Positions 35,572 to 44,614 of a stretch of 46,108 nt of DNA are shown here, one piece after another. The translations under genes and the position numbers were made by a program. How positions within the stretch are numbered: the first letter of the stretch is position 1; each line of letters opens with the position of its first letter. The stretch lies in the IMG/VR virus record IMGVR_UViG_3300048629_000047, positions 1-46,108 of that record. One strand, written 5' to 3'. This stretch comes from a virus (lineage: Duplodnaviria; Caudoviricetes). Below the pieces are notes generated by a model. The model made no database searches. It was not told the origin of the DNA and was given only the letters and a program-made list of their open reading frames with translations.

Positions 35572-35642
35572 CCAGCCCGGTGGCAAGCGGGGTTCGATTC
35601 CCCCGCTGGTTAAAAACAACGCCCCGCGAGGGGCTGGAGGAG
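35572..35642 (+). repeat. Structured intergenic repeat, copy 2
   Basis: ccagcccggtggcaagcggggttcgattcccccgctggttaaaaacaacgccccgcgaggggctggaggag. Confidence 0.85.
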
Positions 35643-35649
35643 ATCTAAA

Positions 35650-35805
35650 ATGCCGATAATACCTCTGCTAATCATAGTAATAGTTTTTGTCGTTAACGCA
35701 ATAATGACGATGCGAGGTCAATTTGATTTATTGCTACCGGCAACTGCGATAGCGGGTTTTTGTGTGGGCGGTTGCATCGCCTACCTCACCGGGAGATCAA
35801 AATGA
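35650..35805 (+). CDS. 51-aa two-TM membrane protein (not in ORF track)
   Basis: MPIIPLLIIVIVFVVNAIMTMRGQFDLLLPATAIAGFCVGGCIAYLTGRSK; uses the SD of repeat copy 2. Confidence 0.7.
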   Translation: MPIIPLLIIVIVFVVNAIMTMRGQFDLLLPATAIAGFCVGGCIAYLTGRSK

Positions 35806-35858
35806 TCATATTGTTGATAACCGCTTTTGCGGTAGGCTTTGCAATAGCCTGGAGGTAA
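35802..35858 (+). CDS. 18-aa hydrophobic peptide
   Basis: MIILLITAFAVGFAIAWR; GGGAG SD, ATGA overlap, stops 2 nt before next ATG. Confidence 0.45.
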   Translation: MIILLITAFAVGFAIAWR

Positions 35859-35860
35859 AA

Positions 35861-36160
35861 ATGTATCTCAAAAATAAAAAACAAATAAGCGCCCGCCGCG
35901 TAGAGCAGCTGGTTAACTCCCTCATCTATTGGGGCGACGCGGACGAGTGGGAGAGTGTGCTCGCCGACGACATGATCCAAGCTGGCGTCCTCCCCTCTCA
36001 GATCCACGCGCTCACTGAGCGTGGGTGGATACGGGTGTGCGAGGCCGCGCAGGCGAGCGACGAAATCGAGATCGTCGGCGTACACGAGCGCGCAATCTTT
36101 TACGACGTCCGCGCGGCGACGCGTGAGCTGTATAAAATCAGGAAGGCTAAAAATGTTTGA
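35861..36160 (+). CDS. Hypothetical protein (start ATG 35861)
   Basis: SD GGAGGT before MYLKNKK. Confidence 0.75.
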   Translation: MYLKNKKQISARRVEQLVNSLIYWGDADEWESVLADDMIQAGVLPSQIHALTERGWIRVCEAAQASDEIEIVGVHERAIFYDVRAATRELYKIRKAKNV

Positions 36161-36359
36161 TCAATCAAAACGCTGGACCGTCGGTGTAGACTACGCCGAT
36201 CAAAAAGGCAGGCTCAAACACTCCGAAATATTCTCGGTCGACAGCATCGCCGAGGTCGTCGACGCCTACCCGGGCGAGTTAATCATGGACGTCCGCGCGT
36301 CACGTAACGCACGCACGGAGCCTACGTGGGCAGAGAGGTGGTGCAATGACAATAGATAA
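36153..36359 (+). CDS. Hypothetical protein (start ATG 36153)
   Basis: MFDQSKRW...; overlaps upstream stop. Confidence 0.65.
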   Translation: MFDQSKRWTVGVDYADQKGRLKHSEIFSVDSIAEVVDAYPGELIMDVRASRNARTEPTWAERWCNDNR

Positions 36360-36516
36360 ACAAGAGCTGCTCGATCCTCACGCACCATTGCGCCGCAAAA
36401 CAATCGTTGGTGAGGAGGAACAGTTTGTCCGCGATCAAAAACGGAATGCAAAAAATAAAAAACGCGCGAAAGTGAAGCGCAAGATAGCGAGCAAGTCGAG
36501 GAGGAAAAATAAATGA
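36346..36516 (+). CDS. 56-aa protein with very basic C-terminus (not in ORF track)
   Basis: MTIDKQELLDP...KRAKVKRKIASKSRRKNK; SD GAGG; ATGA coupling. Confidence 0.6.
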   Translation: MTIDKQELLDPHAPLRRKTIVGEEEQFVRDQKRNAKNKKRAKVKRKIASKSRRKNK

Positions 36517-36779
36517 TCGAAGAGATTAAAAAATTAATTGCGTTAGCTGAGCGCATAGGCGGCGGCACGAAAAAGCGCCGTGATTTTCAAATAACAAAAG
36601 CGTACGAGCAAGCATTGTTCATCGTCGGCGATGCCGGGGACGTCGCAAACAGACGCGAAAGGTTCCAGTATCTTTGGGGACGCATCGACGGTTTTGAGGA
36701 CACCTATAGCGCGGTCGGAGAGCTACTCACTTTTGCTCAGACGCTTTTGCGTACTGCCGAAAATCAGGAGGAAAAATAA
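36513..36779 (+). CDS. Hypothetical protein
   Basis: SD AGGAGG. Confidence 0.75.
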   Translation: MIEEIKKLIALAERIGGGTKKRRDFQITKAYEQALFIVGDAGDVANRRERFQYLWGRIDGFEDTYSAVGELLTFAQTLLRTAENQEEK

Positions 36780-37186
36780 TGCAGGCAAATAAAAAACTTG
36801 AGCGTCTAATCGATCTCATAGAAGAGATCGACGACTATGAAGCTGTCGCTGAGATCCTTACGTCGGACGAGCCCGACGTAATCGCAGAGATTAAAGCGGA
36901 CATGAACGCTGACGAATTGATTGAGCGTTTCGCGGAGCAGCCTGCGAGCGATGAAGAGTTGATGGACAAAATTTTTGAGAACACAGGCCTGTTTGAGCCT
37001 TGGTTCGAGGCCCTCACCGCCGACGAAATCAGAAACATGCTTACAACCGAGCAGCACACGAACCTGATTCGCTTCGACAATGTCGACGAAGGTATCGCCG
37101 CTTTGATTGAGGGATTTCACGAAGAGGACGTCCGCGAAGCGCTCAACCAGTGGCGGCGGTATCATCTCACGAGGGAGGCGCTTTAA
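36779..37186 (+). CDS. Highly acidic hypothetical protein
   Basis: SD AGGAGG; Asp/Glu-rich. Confidence 0.8.
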   Translation: MQANKKLERLIDLIEEIDDYEAVAEILTSDEPDVIAEIKADMNADELIERFAEQPASDEELMDKIFENTGLFEPWFEALTADEIRNMLTTEQHTNLIRFDNVDEGIAALIEGFHEEDVREALNQWRRYHLTREAL

Positions 37187-37188
37187 AA

Positions 37189-37398
37189 ATGCAAAAAATA
37201 AAGTTGAACAAACATCGAATAATCGAGGCTGCGGAGAACAAAGGAATCAATTTAACGCAGCTAAACAAACTTCTCGGAATAAACCCTCAGACACTCACTA
37301 ACAGGCTACGACAGGGTTTCCGCGTCGCCGACGCTGAATACCTCGCCCGCGTCTTGGGCGTCGAGCTGGTAAAGCTGCAAGAATTTCTTGACAGCTAA
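37189..37398 (+). CDS. Cro/C1-type HTH regulator
   Basis: GINLTQLNKLLGINPQTLTNRL...LARVLGV; SD GGAGG. Confidence 0.75.
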   Translation: MQKIKLNKHRIIEAAENKGINLTQLNKLLGINPQTLTNRLRQGFRVADAEYLARVLGVELVKLQEFLDS

Positions 37399-37471
37399 TT
37401 GAAAATGTGAGAGTGTCGTAACCCTGATTTTTGAAGTGAATTTAAAGTGATTTTAAAGTGAGGAGATGTAA

Positions 37472-37693
37472 GTGAAAAAAGAACTCGCCCTAAAAATATT
37501 AAACATTTCTAATTACCACGAAAAACTTAGTTTTTTGCGTAAACTCTCGCCCAGAAGTCGCTTTATTGTGCTGTTCGAATGCCTCTCTAGAACAGACGAA
37601 ACGTACACCCTCGCCTCAGTAACTCTATCATTAATAAAAAAAGAGCGACGAGATATTAAAAATATAATCGAGTGTTTTCAAGAGGAACTGTAA
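37472..37693 (+). CDS. Hypothetical protein
   Basis: SD GAGGAG before GTG. Confidence 0.6.
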   Translation: MKKELALKILNISNYHEKLSFLRKLSPRSRFIVLFECLSRTDETYTLASVTLSLIKKERRDIKNIIECFQEEL

Positions 37694-37698
37694 AAGCT

Positions 37699-38814
37699 AT
37701 GGCTAAAAAAATCCATATCTCAGCAACTCAATTAACAATGTTTTTGACATGCCCGCGCTCGTGGGCTTGGAGCTATATCGCCCGCGTCCCGCGTGAGCGC
37801 GCCCTCGCTCTTGAACTCGGGATACGGGTTCACGAAATTCTTGAAGCGTACTATCGCGGCGAGGCTATGCCGGACCGGTCCGAGATCTGGCGTTTCAATC
37901 CCGGCGAGAAAATTTACTATCCAGGTAAGATCGCAGACTCGATGCTCAACGCGGCAATACCGCGCCAGCCCTCAGCCGTAGAGGTTCAGTTCGATAAGCA
38001 CCTGGACGGCGTACACTACACGGGTAAAATCGACGTGCTTCAAAGACATGCAAACCGCATCGAGATCTTTGATCACAAAACCTCAAGTAGCCCCGCCAAG
38101 TGGGGCAAGACCCCTGACGATTTGCTTAAAGATATTCAGCGCAACCTTTATTGCTGGGCGGCGCGTGAGGATTATCTGCCGGTTAACTTCGCGCTGAATT
38201 ACGGTTGCACCGATGGTAAACCGCAAAAAGCAAAACTCGTAAAAGCAGCGTCGTCACTAGACGACAGCTATTTTTTAAACGAGATACACCCGACCGCAAA
38301 ACTCATGGTCGAATTAAAAGAGCAAAAAACTAACCCGCTGGACCTACCTCCTGAACCCGCCGCTTGCGGAATGTTTAGAGGTTGTCCGCACAAAGAGCGG
38401 TGCGCGCTGACGACGCGCGACCGCGTGAAAGGAATCATCATGGCAAACTCAATGATCGCAGAGCTGTTGGAGAAATCGAAAGCCGCCGCGAAAGCCGCGC
38501 CGGTAAAACCCGAGGCCGCGCCGCCGCTGGGTCCACCCGAAAAAGCGCCCGTTGTCGAGGCGAAGGCCGAGCCCAAGGTTGAGGCGAAGCCGAAGCGCAC
38601 CCGCGCGAAGTCCGCGCCCAAGGTCGAAACTGTCCAGGTTGAAAACGTCCCTGTCGAGAATGTCCGCATCGAGACCGCGTCAATGCCGAACCTCGTTCAG
38701 GTCGCCGCCGCTATTGGTGAGCTGGCCGGTATCGCCAAAGGCGCAGCACCGGAGATCAAAAACGAGATCGAGGACCTCAAGCTCGGCATCCTCGAAAACC
38801 TGGAGCGCATCTAA
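37699..38814 (+). CDS. PD-(D/E)XK exonuclease (Cas4/RecB-like) with Pro/Ala/Lys-rich C-terminal extension
   Basis: SATQL...CPR, GIRVHEILE, GKID, DHKT, QRNLY, ACGMFRGCPHKERC (four-Cys arrangement). Confidence 0.85.
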   Translation: MAKKIHISATQLTMFLTCPRSWAWSYIARVPRERALALELGIRVHEILEAYYRGEAMPDRSEIWRFNPGEKIYYPGKIADSMLNAAIPRQPSAVEVQFDKHLDGVHYTGKIDVLQRHANRIEIFDHKTSSSPAKWGKTPDDLLKDIQRNLYCWAAREDYLPVNFALNYGCTDGKPQKAKLVKAASSLDDSYFLNEIHPTAKLMVELKEQKTNPLDLPPEPAACGMFRGCPHKERCALTTRDRVKGIIMANSMIAELLEKSKAAAKAAPVKPEAAPPLGPPEKAPVVEAKAEPKVEAKPKRTRAKSAPKVETVQVENVPVENVRIETASMPNLVQVAAAIGELAGIAKGAAPEIKNEIEDLKLGILENLERI

Positions 38815-40445
38815 TGGTCAACGGCGCGGTGAGAAACACCGTCGAATTGCGGCGCATCCTCGCTCTACCTGAGCGGGACGCGGACGCTATCGGTGAGCAC
38901 ATAGCCGAGCCGCTCACCGCGCTGTTACGCCGTCCAGGTGGTACGATGACACTGCGGCCGCTGCAAGCCCTAGCGCTCGCCGAAGCGCACGACAGACAAG
39001 GCGCGGTGATAATGCTTCCCGTCGGTTACGGTAAAACCTTAGTATCCTTTTTGTTGCCGCGTATCTTTGACGACGTCCGCAAACCATTGCTATTAGTGCC
39101 TGCGAAGCTTCGCGAGAAAACCAGAATAGAATTTCGCGAGCTCGCCGAGCACTGGCAAGGCGCGAACAACCTAGAGGTCCTCAGTTATGAAATGATCTCG
39201 ACACGTCCGGGTGTGCTCGACGAAATCGCGCCGGATATGATCATCGCTGATGAGTGCCACAAACTAAAAAACCCTAAAGCGGGCGTGACAAAACGTGTGT
39301 ACCGCTACTGCCGCAACGCTGACAACATGATTTTTGTTCCGTTGAGTGGCACGATAACAACGCGTTCTTTTGTTGATTGGTGGCATTTACAGTTCTGGGC
39401 GCTCGGTCCTGAGCGTTCGGTGTTGCCTACAGATTTTCGCGAGACAACCACGTGGGCGGAGGCCCTCGACGAAAAAATGAAAATTCGTAGACCGCCGGGC
39501 GCGCTCGAAGTTTTCGCGGACCAGCCTGAACATGGGCATTTGTTAAACAAAATCCGCGATGGTTACGGGCGAAAAATCCGAAGTGTCGAAGGCGTAATAT
39601 CCGCGCATGCTGATGAACTCGGGATCTCGTTAACTCTTGCACTGTCTAGGTTTGAGCCTTCAAGCGCGGTTAAGGAAGCGCTTAAAAATTTGATTGAGAC
39701 CTGGACGTTACCCGACGGTACGGAGTTGATTGAGGCCGTTGATTTCTGGCGACACGCCGTCGAGCTGTCGCAGGGTTTTTATTACACGTGGGCGGATGAC
39801 GCCCCGGAGGATTGGCTTGAGGCGCGCGCGGGCTGCTCGAAGTACGTGCGCGGTGTGCTGTCGCGGTCACGAACACTGGACACACCCGCGCAGGTGCTGA
39901 AAGAGCGTCTCGACGATCAACGAGTCAAGAACTGGTTGGTTATTCGCGACACGTTCAAGCCGATCACAAAACCAACTTGGCTTTGTAAAGAGCTACTTCA
40001 AAAGGTCGCGACTTTTCCGGGGCTGATTTGGGTAGGACACACCGCCGTTGGCGAGGAACTAGAACAAAATTACAAAATACCTTTTTATAGAGAGGAGGCT
40101 AAAACACGGTCAGGACGCCACATTTACGATCACACAGAAGGACCTGCGGCGGTGAGCATCGCCGCGTGCTCGGAGGGCCTCAACCTACAAACGCGGTTTT
40201 ATCAAAACCTGATAACCGCACCGTCGTCAAACGGCGCACGTTGGGAGCAACTCTTGGGGCGCACACACCGTCAAGGCCAGCGCGAAGACGAGGTGCAAGC
40301 AACGGTGCTTGTGCACACACAGACAACGTTAAAAAATTTCGAACAAGCCCGCGCCGATGCGAAATACATCGAGCGCATTACCGGCCAAAAACAAAAATTG
40401 AATTTGGCCGATTACACGGAGATCGAACATGGGAAACTTTTTTAA
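38814..40445 (+). CDS. Superfamily 2 (SNF2-like) helicase
   Basis: LRPLQ, VGYGKT, DECH, LSGT, SEGLNLQ, EQLLGRTHRQGQ. Confidence 0.9.
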   Translation: MVNGAVRNTVELRRILALPERDADAIGEHIAEPLTALLRRPGGTMTLRPLQALALAEAHDRQGAVIMLPVGYGKTLVSFLLPRIFDDVRKPLLLVPAKLREKTRIEFRELAEHWQGANNLEVLSYEMISTRPGVLDEIAPDMIIADECHKLKNPKAGVTKRVYRYCRNADNMIFVPLSGTITTRSFVDWWHLQFWALGPERSVLPTDFRETTTWAEALDEKMKIRRPPGALEVFADQPEHGHLLNKIRDGYGRKIRSVEGVISAHADELGISLTLALSRFEPSSAVKEALKNLIETWTLPDGTELIEAVDFWRHAVELSQGFYYTWADDAPEDWLEARAGCSKYVRGVLSRSRTLDTPAQVLKERLDDQRVKNWLVIRDTFKPITKPTWLCKELLQKVATFPGLIWVGHTAVGEELEQNYKIPFYREEAKTRSGRHIYDHTEGPAAVSIAACSEGLNLQTRFYQNLITAPSSNGARWEQLLGRTHRQGQREDEVQATVLVHTQTTLKNFEQARADAKYIERITGQKQKLNLADYTEIEHGKLF

Positions 40446-40911
40446 GGACCTGAGCAAGGCAACCCCTTTCACGCAGAGCAAGTATTTTCAGCCCGGCAGT
40501 TACGTGGTTGAAATCCAGGCCGTGAAATACAACGAAGGCGGTTACCGAGGCGACAGTTTTGTGATCGAAACGAAGGTCCTCGCCTCAAAACACACCGAGG
40601 ACAGCGACGCCCCGAAGCCAGGCGACATCGCGGCGCACGTGTGGCGCGCGGACGGCGAGAAGCGCGACATCGCGCGTAATACCTGGATGGCCTTCCTGGA
40701 GGCAATCTTCGGCGTCAAGACCGCCGACAAAACCGACGAAGAGTGGTCGGCGATTTCGGCGCAGGTCATCGACGATAACGCGCTCAAGGGTGAGCCGGTG
40801 CTCCTCGAAGTCTTCAACAAAAAGACGAAAGCGGGCGGCGACTTCACGTATCACGCATGGCGCAGGATTGCGACGCCTGAGGACCTCCAAGAGTTCGGGA
40901 TCGAGGTATAA
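40429..40911 (+). CDS. Probable single-stranded DNA-binding protein
   Basis: Between helicase and polymerase; YFQPGSYVVEI beta-rich pattern. Confidence 0.45.
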   Translation: MGNFFKDLSKATPFTQSKYFQPGSYVVEIQAVKYNEGGYRGDSFVIETKVLASKHTEDSDAPKPGDIAAHVWRADGEKRDIARNTWMAFLEAIFGVKTADKTDEEWSAISAQVIDDNALKGEPVLLEVFNKKTKAGGDFTYHAWRRIATPEDLQEFGIEV

Positions 40912-40912
40912 C

Positions 40913-42796
40913 GTGTCGACACTTGCGTTTGATACAGAGACGCATTTGATTGAGCGTTTCAAACCCCTGCCGCGCTTGGTCTGCGCGACCTTCGCGGCGG
41001 GGGCATCCCCGGATGATGTTCTTTTACTTACGCGCGGTGAGCAGTTACGCGCGTTCATGTCCAGCGCGCTCGGTGATCCTGCTGTAAAATTTGTTGGGCA
41101 TAACGTAGCGTACGACTTCGGCGTGCTGGGAAACGCTTATCCTGAGCTGCTCCCGGCGATTTTCGAAGCGTATCAAAACAACCGAATAACAGACACCGGG
41201 ATAAGACAGCAACTTTTTGACATTGCCTTTGGTCGCGTTTTCGCTGGGGACAAACTCAAAAGTTACTCACTTGCGGTTTTGAGCGAGTTGATCCTCGACG
41301 AAGTAATGGCCGGTAAAAAAGGTATGGTTGACGAAGGCGACCCGTGGAGGTTGCGCTATTCGGAGCTTGACGGTGTACCTCTTGAGGACTGGCCCGAAGC
41401 GGCGGTGTCCTACGCAAAACAAGATGCGCTCACGACGTGGCGGATCTGGCACGAACAAGAGGAGGGCGCGCGGGATTATTTACGCGACGACTCTTTTCAA
41501 ACGTACGCTGCGTTCGTGCTTACGCTCACTGCTTCGCAGGGAATGCGCACCGACGAAGAGGCGGTCATCAAATGCGCCGAGCACTGGGAGAATAAAAAAG
41601 CAGAGTTGCTGCCGGACCTGGAAGCGGCGGGGCTTATCGTCAAAGGCGTTAAAAAAGTAGCACCAGCGCAAGAGCAAATACGCACCGCGTGCGAGGCCCG
41701 AGGCGTTGAACCACCTCTTACCGCAAAAGGCAAAGTGTCCACGGACAAGGTCGCGTGCTTGATCGCAGGTGACGAGTTGATGCTCAAACGTGCCGAATAC
41801 GTAACCGCCGAAAAGATGTTAAGCACGTACATCCCGACGCTGATTGAGGGCGTGCGAGGTCCTATAGCGACACGCTTTCAGATGGCCGCGACCGGGCGCA
41901 CAACGTCGAGCGCACCCGGCGCACCTTTGGTCGGCACGAACCTGCAAAACGCGCCGCGTAAGGGCGGTATCCGCGAAACGTTCAAACCGCGTGATGGTAA
42001 GGTTTATCTAAGCGCTGACTTTTCCGGCGCGGAGTTACACACCCTTGCGCAGGCCTGCAAGCTAAAGCTTGGTTACAGCACGCTTGGCGAGGCGCTGAAC
42101 CGAGGTGACGACGTGCACCTCAAGGTGGGCGCGGAGCTGCTCGGTATCAGCTACGAGGAGGCGAAGACACGCAAAAAAGATAAGGAGGTAAAAGAGTCGC
42201 GTCAAAACGCGAAGGCCGCGAACTTCGGTTTCCCCGGAGGGATGGGCAACTACACTTTTAGGATGACACAACTAAAACAGTCAGAAAAGTTTTGGACCGA
42301 AGAGGAAGCACGCGACCTGAAAGCCGCTTGGTTACAGGCTTTCCCTGAGATGGTCGAATATTTCGAATACAATCAACAGATACTCGGCATAGAAGAAGAG
42401 TGCGTGATTGAGATTCCTTACTCGCGACGGCTTCGAAAAGTATCTACGTTCCCCTCCGCGTGTAACACGTGGTTTCAGGCCCTCGCCGCTGACGGCGCGA
42501 AGGCCGCGCTCGCTGAGGTTACACGACTTTGCTACACCGTACCAAGCAGCGCCTTGTACGACGCACGTCCGGTGAACTTCGTGCATGACGAGGTGATTCT
42601 CGAAATCGCCGACCGTGCGGAAGTCTATCAACCGGCGGCTGTCGAGTTTGAAAAAGTAATGTCGGATGCTTTTAACCGCTTCACGCCTGATTATCCCACG
42701 TCCACCGAGGCCGTGTTAATGCGGGTTTGGAGCAAAAACGCAGAACAAGCTTTTGACGAAAGAGGAGGATTGATACCGTGGGAACCATCGGAATAG
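40913..42796 (+). CDS. Family A DNA polymerase with 3'-5' exonuclease (start GTG 40913)
   Basis: FDTET, GHNVAYD, YAKQD; TGRTTS, NLQN, ADFSGAEL, RQNAKAANFG, VHDE; SD GAGG. Confidence 0.95.
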   Translation: MSTLAFDTETHLIERFKPLPRLVCATFAAGASPDDVLLLTRGEQLRAFMSSALGDPAVKFVGHNVAYDFGVLGNAYPELLPAIFEAYQNNRITDTGIRQQLFDIAFGRVFAGDKLKSYSLAVLSELILDEVMAGKKGMVDEGDPWRLRYSELDGVPLEDWPEAAVSYAKQDALTTWRIWHEQEEGARDYLRDDSFQTYAAFVLTLTASQGMRTDEEAVIKCAEHWENKKAELLPDLEAAGLIVKGVKKVAPAQEQIRTACEARGVEPPLTAKGKVSTDKVACLIAGDELMLKRAEYVTAEKMLSTYIPTLIEGVRGPIATRFQMAATGRTTSSAPGAPLVGTNLQNAPRKGGIRETFKPRDGKVYLSADFSGAELHTLAQACKLKLGYSTLGEALNRGDDVHLKVGAELLGISYEEAKTRKKDKEVKESRQNAKAANFGFPGGMGNYTFRMTQLKQSEKFWTEEEARDLKAAWLQAFPEMVEYFEYNQQILGIEEECVIEIPYSRRLRKVSTFPSACNTWFQALAADGAKAALAEVTRLCYTVPSSALYDARPVNFVHDEVILEIADRAEVYQPAAVEFEKVMSDAFNRFTPDYPTSTEAVLMRVWSKNAEQAFDERGGLIPWEPSE

Positions 42797-43263
42797 ACCC
42801 TGGACGCAACACCGGTTACGCCGTAATTGACGCGGACGGCAACGTCGAGGATTTGGGAGTCTTCACACTCAAAAGTAAAAAACTCGAAGAGCAGCTAGAC
42901 GATCTTGACTACGAAATCGCGCAAGCGTTTACGCCTTTTCAACGCGCGGAATACGTTACAGCCATTGAATTACCCGTGATTTACAACAGGCTTCAGAACC
43001 CTGGTAACCCTAACGATATTTTAAAAGTCGCGTTCATCGCCGGAGCAATCGCGGCTAACTTTGTACAATGTTTTTTGCCGACGCCGCGTGATTGGAAAGG
43101 AACGACACCTAAAAAAATCAACCACGCGCGCACGCTCGCAAGGTGCGGCGGCATAAAAGATTTACTAAACGGAATACCTGCAACAAAACAAGAGCACGCC
43201 CTTGACGCGCTGGGGATAGCGTTTTGGGCGCTCGATAAGGAGAAGAACAATGCAAAACTTTAA
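42778..43263 (+). CDS. RuvC-like Holliday junction resolvase
   Basis: IGIDPGRNTGYA, AIELP, P.DWKG, DALGIA. Confidence 0.8.
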   Translation: MGTIGIDPGRNTGYAVIDADGNVEDLGVFTLKSKKLEEQLDDLDYEIAQAFTPFQRAEYVTAIELPVIYNRLQNPGNPNDILKVAFIAGAIAANFVQCFLPTPRDWKGTTPKKINHARTLARCGGIKDLLNGIPATKQEHALDALGIAFWALDKEKNNAKL

Positions 43264-44005
43264 TTTGGTGAAGACAAGAAAACCTGGAACATGCGACGCC
43301 GCGCGGTGCAAAGAGGAAACGTCGGAAACGTTCGCGGACGGTACACAGCTGTGCGTAAGGCATTTGGGGATGCTCACCGACGAAGAGTACGACGCGTTGA
43401 AAGAAGGCGCGCCTGACCCTACGCCCGAGCCCGAGCAAGAGGCGACCGGGCCTGAGGCGATTGTAAAAGTCGAGCTGCAAGAGGCACGCGACCGAATCGC
43501 GATCATCGAAGGGATCGAACTTGAAGATCAACAGGACCTGGATTCGTTTAGCGAGTTGCTCACGCACGCGAAGTCGCGTCTAAAATACCTCGAAAAAATG
43601 CAGAAGGAGTACTCCGGTCCCGCTTATAAAGCGTACAAAAAAATCCATGGTTTGTTCAAGCCCGGTATCGATGAGCTGAAAAAACTTGAGAAGATCATGA
43701 AGGGCAAGATCGAGGTGTACGTGGTCGAGCAACGCAAGGCACGCGAGGCCGCATTTAAAACTCCCGCGCACGCTTTCCCAGTAGACGAGCCGTTCAAGTT
43801 CCCGGAGGCCCCGGTGCTGCCCGATAATATCAGCGAGCGCGCAACGTGGGTCTTTGAGGTTGAGGATATTAACGTTGTGCCCATGCGATTTTTGAAGGTC
43901 GACGAGGATGTCGTCAAAGCGGAGATTGAAAAGCTCGGTGGTGAAAAAGTCGCTATTCCTGGTGTGCGCGTGTATCAAAAAACTTCACTCGCAGTAAGGA
44001 GCTAA
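43250..44005 (+). CDS. Coiled-coil phage protein
   Basis: C-terminal WVFEVED...VP..FLKVDE...IPGVRVY motif common in phage recombination regions. Confidence 0.75.
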   Translation: MQNFNLVKTRKPGTCDAARCKEETSETFADGTQLCVRHLGMLTDEEYDALKEGAPDPTPEPEQEATGPEAIVKVELQEARDRIAIIEGIELEDQQDLDSFSELLTHAKSRLKYLEKMQKEYSGPAYKAYKKIHGLFKPGIDELKKLEKIMKGKIEVYVVEQRKAREAAFKTPAHAFPVDEPFKFPEAPVLPDNISERATWVFEVEDINVVPMRFLKVDEDVVKAEIEKLGGEKVAIPGVRVYQKTSLAVRS

Positions 44006-44008
44006 ACT

Positions 44009-44614
44009 ATGAAGTGCCCAAGGTGGATGAACGGCGCGTTCAGTGGCCCTGCGGGTGATTGCATTTCCGCGCGCATCGAGGGCGGAGAGTTTCGGTTAGG
44101 TTCGGGTCATTTAATCTTGACCGATGACGCGCCCGAAGGTGTTGATGATTGCTTGGTTGAGTACGGTGGCGAGATAAAAGAAAAACATCTAACGCCTATT
44201 GCGGACCAGTTCAGGGTCGTTAACAATCACGACGTTTTTGTTGTTACACTCGACGCCAAAGAGACGCAGCAGTTTCTTAAAGACCTGAAAGGCGCACGAG
44301 CGTTGGCCGGGACGTGGGGTTTTATACAGTTAGAGGTCGTGATTAATTTATTACGCGTGAGCCTCTACGCAGAAGATAAAAGCGGGGATGTTTTGGAAAC
44401 CCTTATAGTGCCTGCTCAAACAGTGACAACACCGAACGGAGGCGAAATCTTTTGTATATTAGGCACGCTACAAAAAGCGCTCAAACTTATCACAGGCAAA
44501 AAACAAACTTTGCAAATGCTGTTTTATGGTCACGCTCATTCACCTATACTTTTTGAGAGCGGTTCGCGAAGGGCGTTAATGTCACCGTCGACCTGGAGGC
44601 CCGGTGATGTCTAA
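44009..44614 (+). CDS. Hypothetical protein, weak resemblance to a sliding-clamp domain
   Basis: Alternating beta/alpha; ends SPILFESGSRRALMSP. Confidence 0.55.
   Translation: MKCPRWMNGAFSGPAGDCISARIEGGEFRLGSGHLILTDDAPEGVDDCLVEYGGEIKEKHLTPIADQFRVVNNHDVFVVTLDAKETQQFLKDLKGARALAGTWGFIQLEVVINLLRVSLYAEDKSGDVLETLIVPAQTVTTPNGGEIFCILGTLQKALKLITGKKQTLQMLFYGHAHSPILFESGSRRALMSPSTWRPGDV

Noticed and set aside
1630-42796. Z-base or deazaguanine DNA modification system
   Set aside because: No PurZ, DpdA or Que/Fol genes recognised; only a degenerate DUF5664-like domain.
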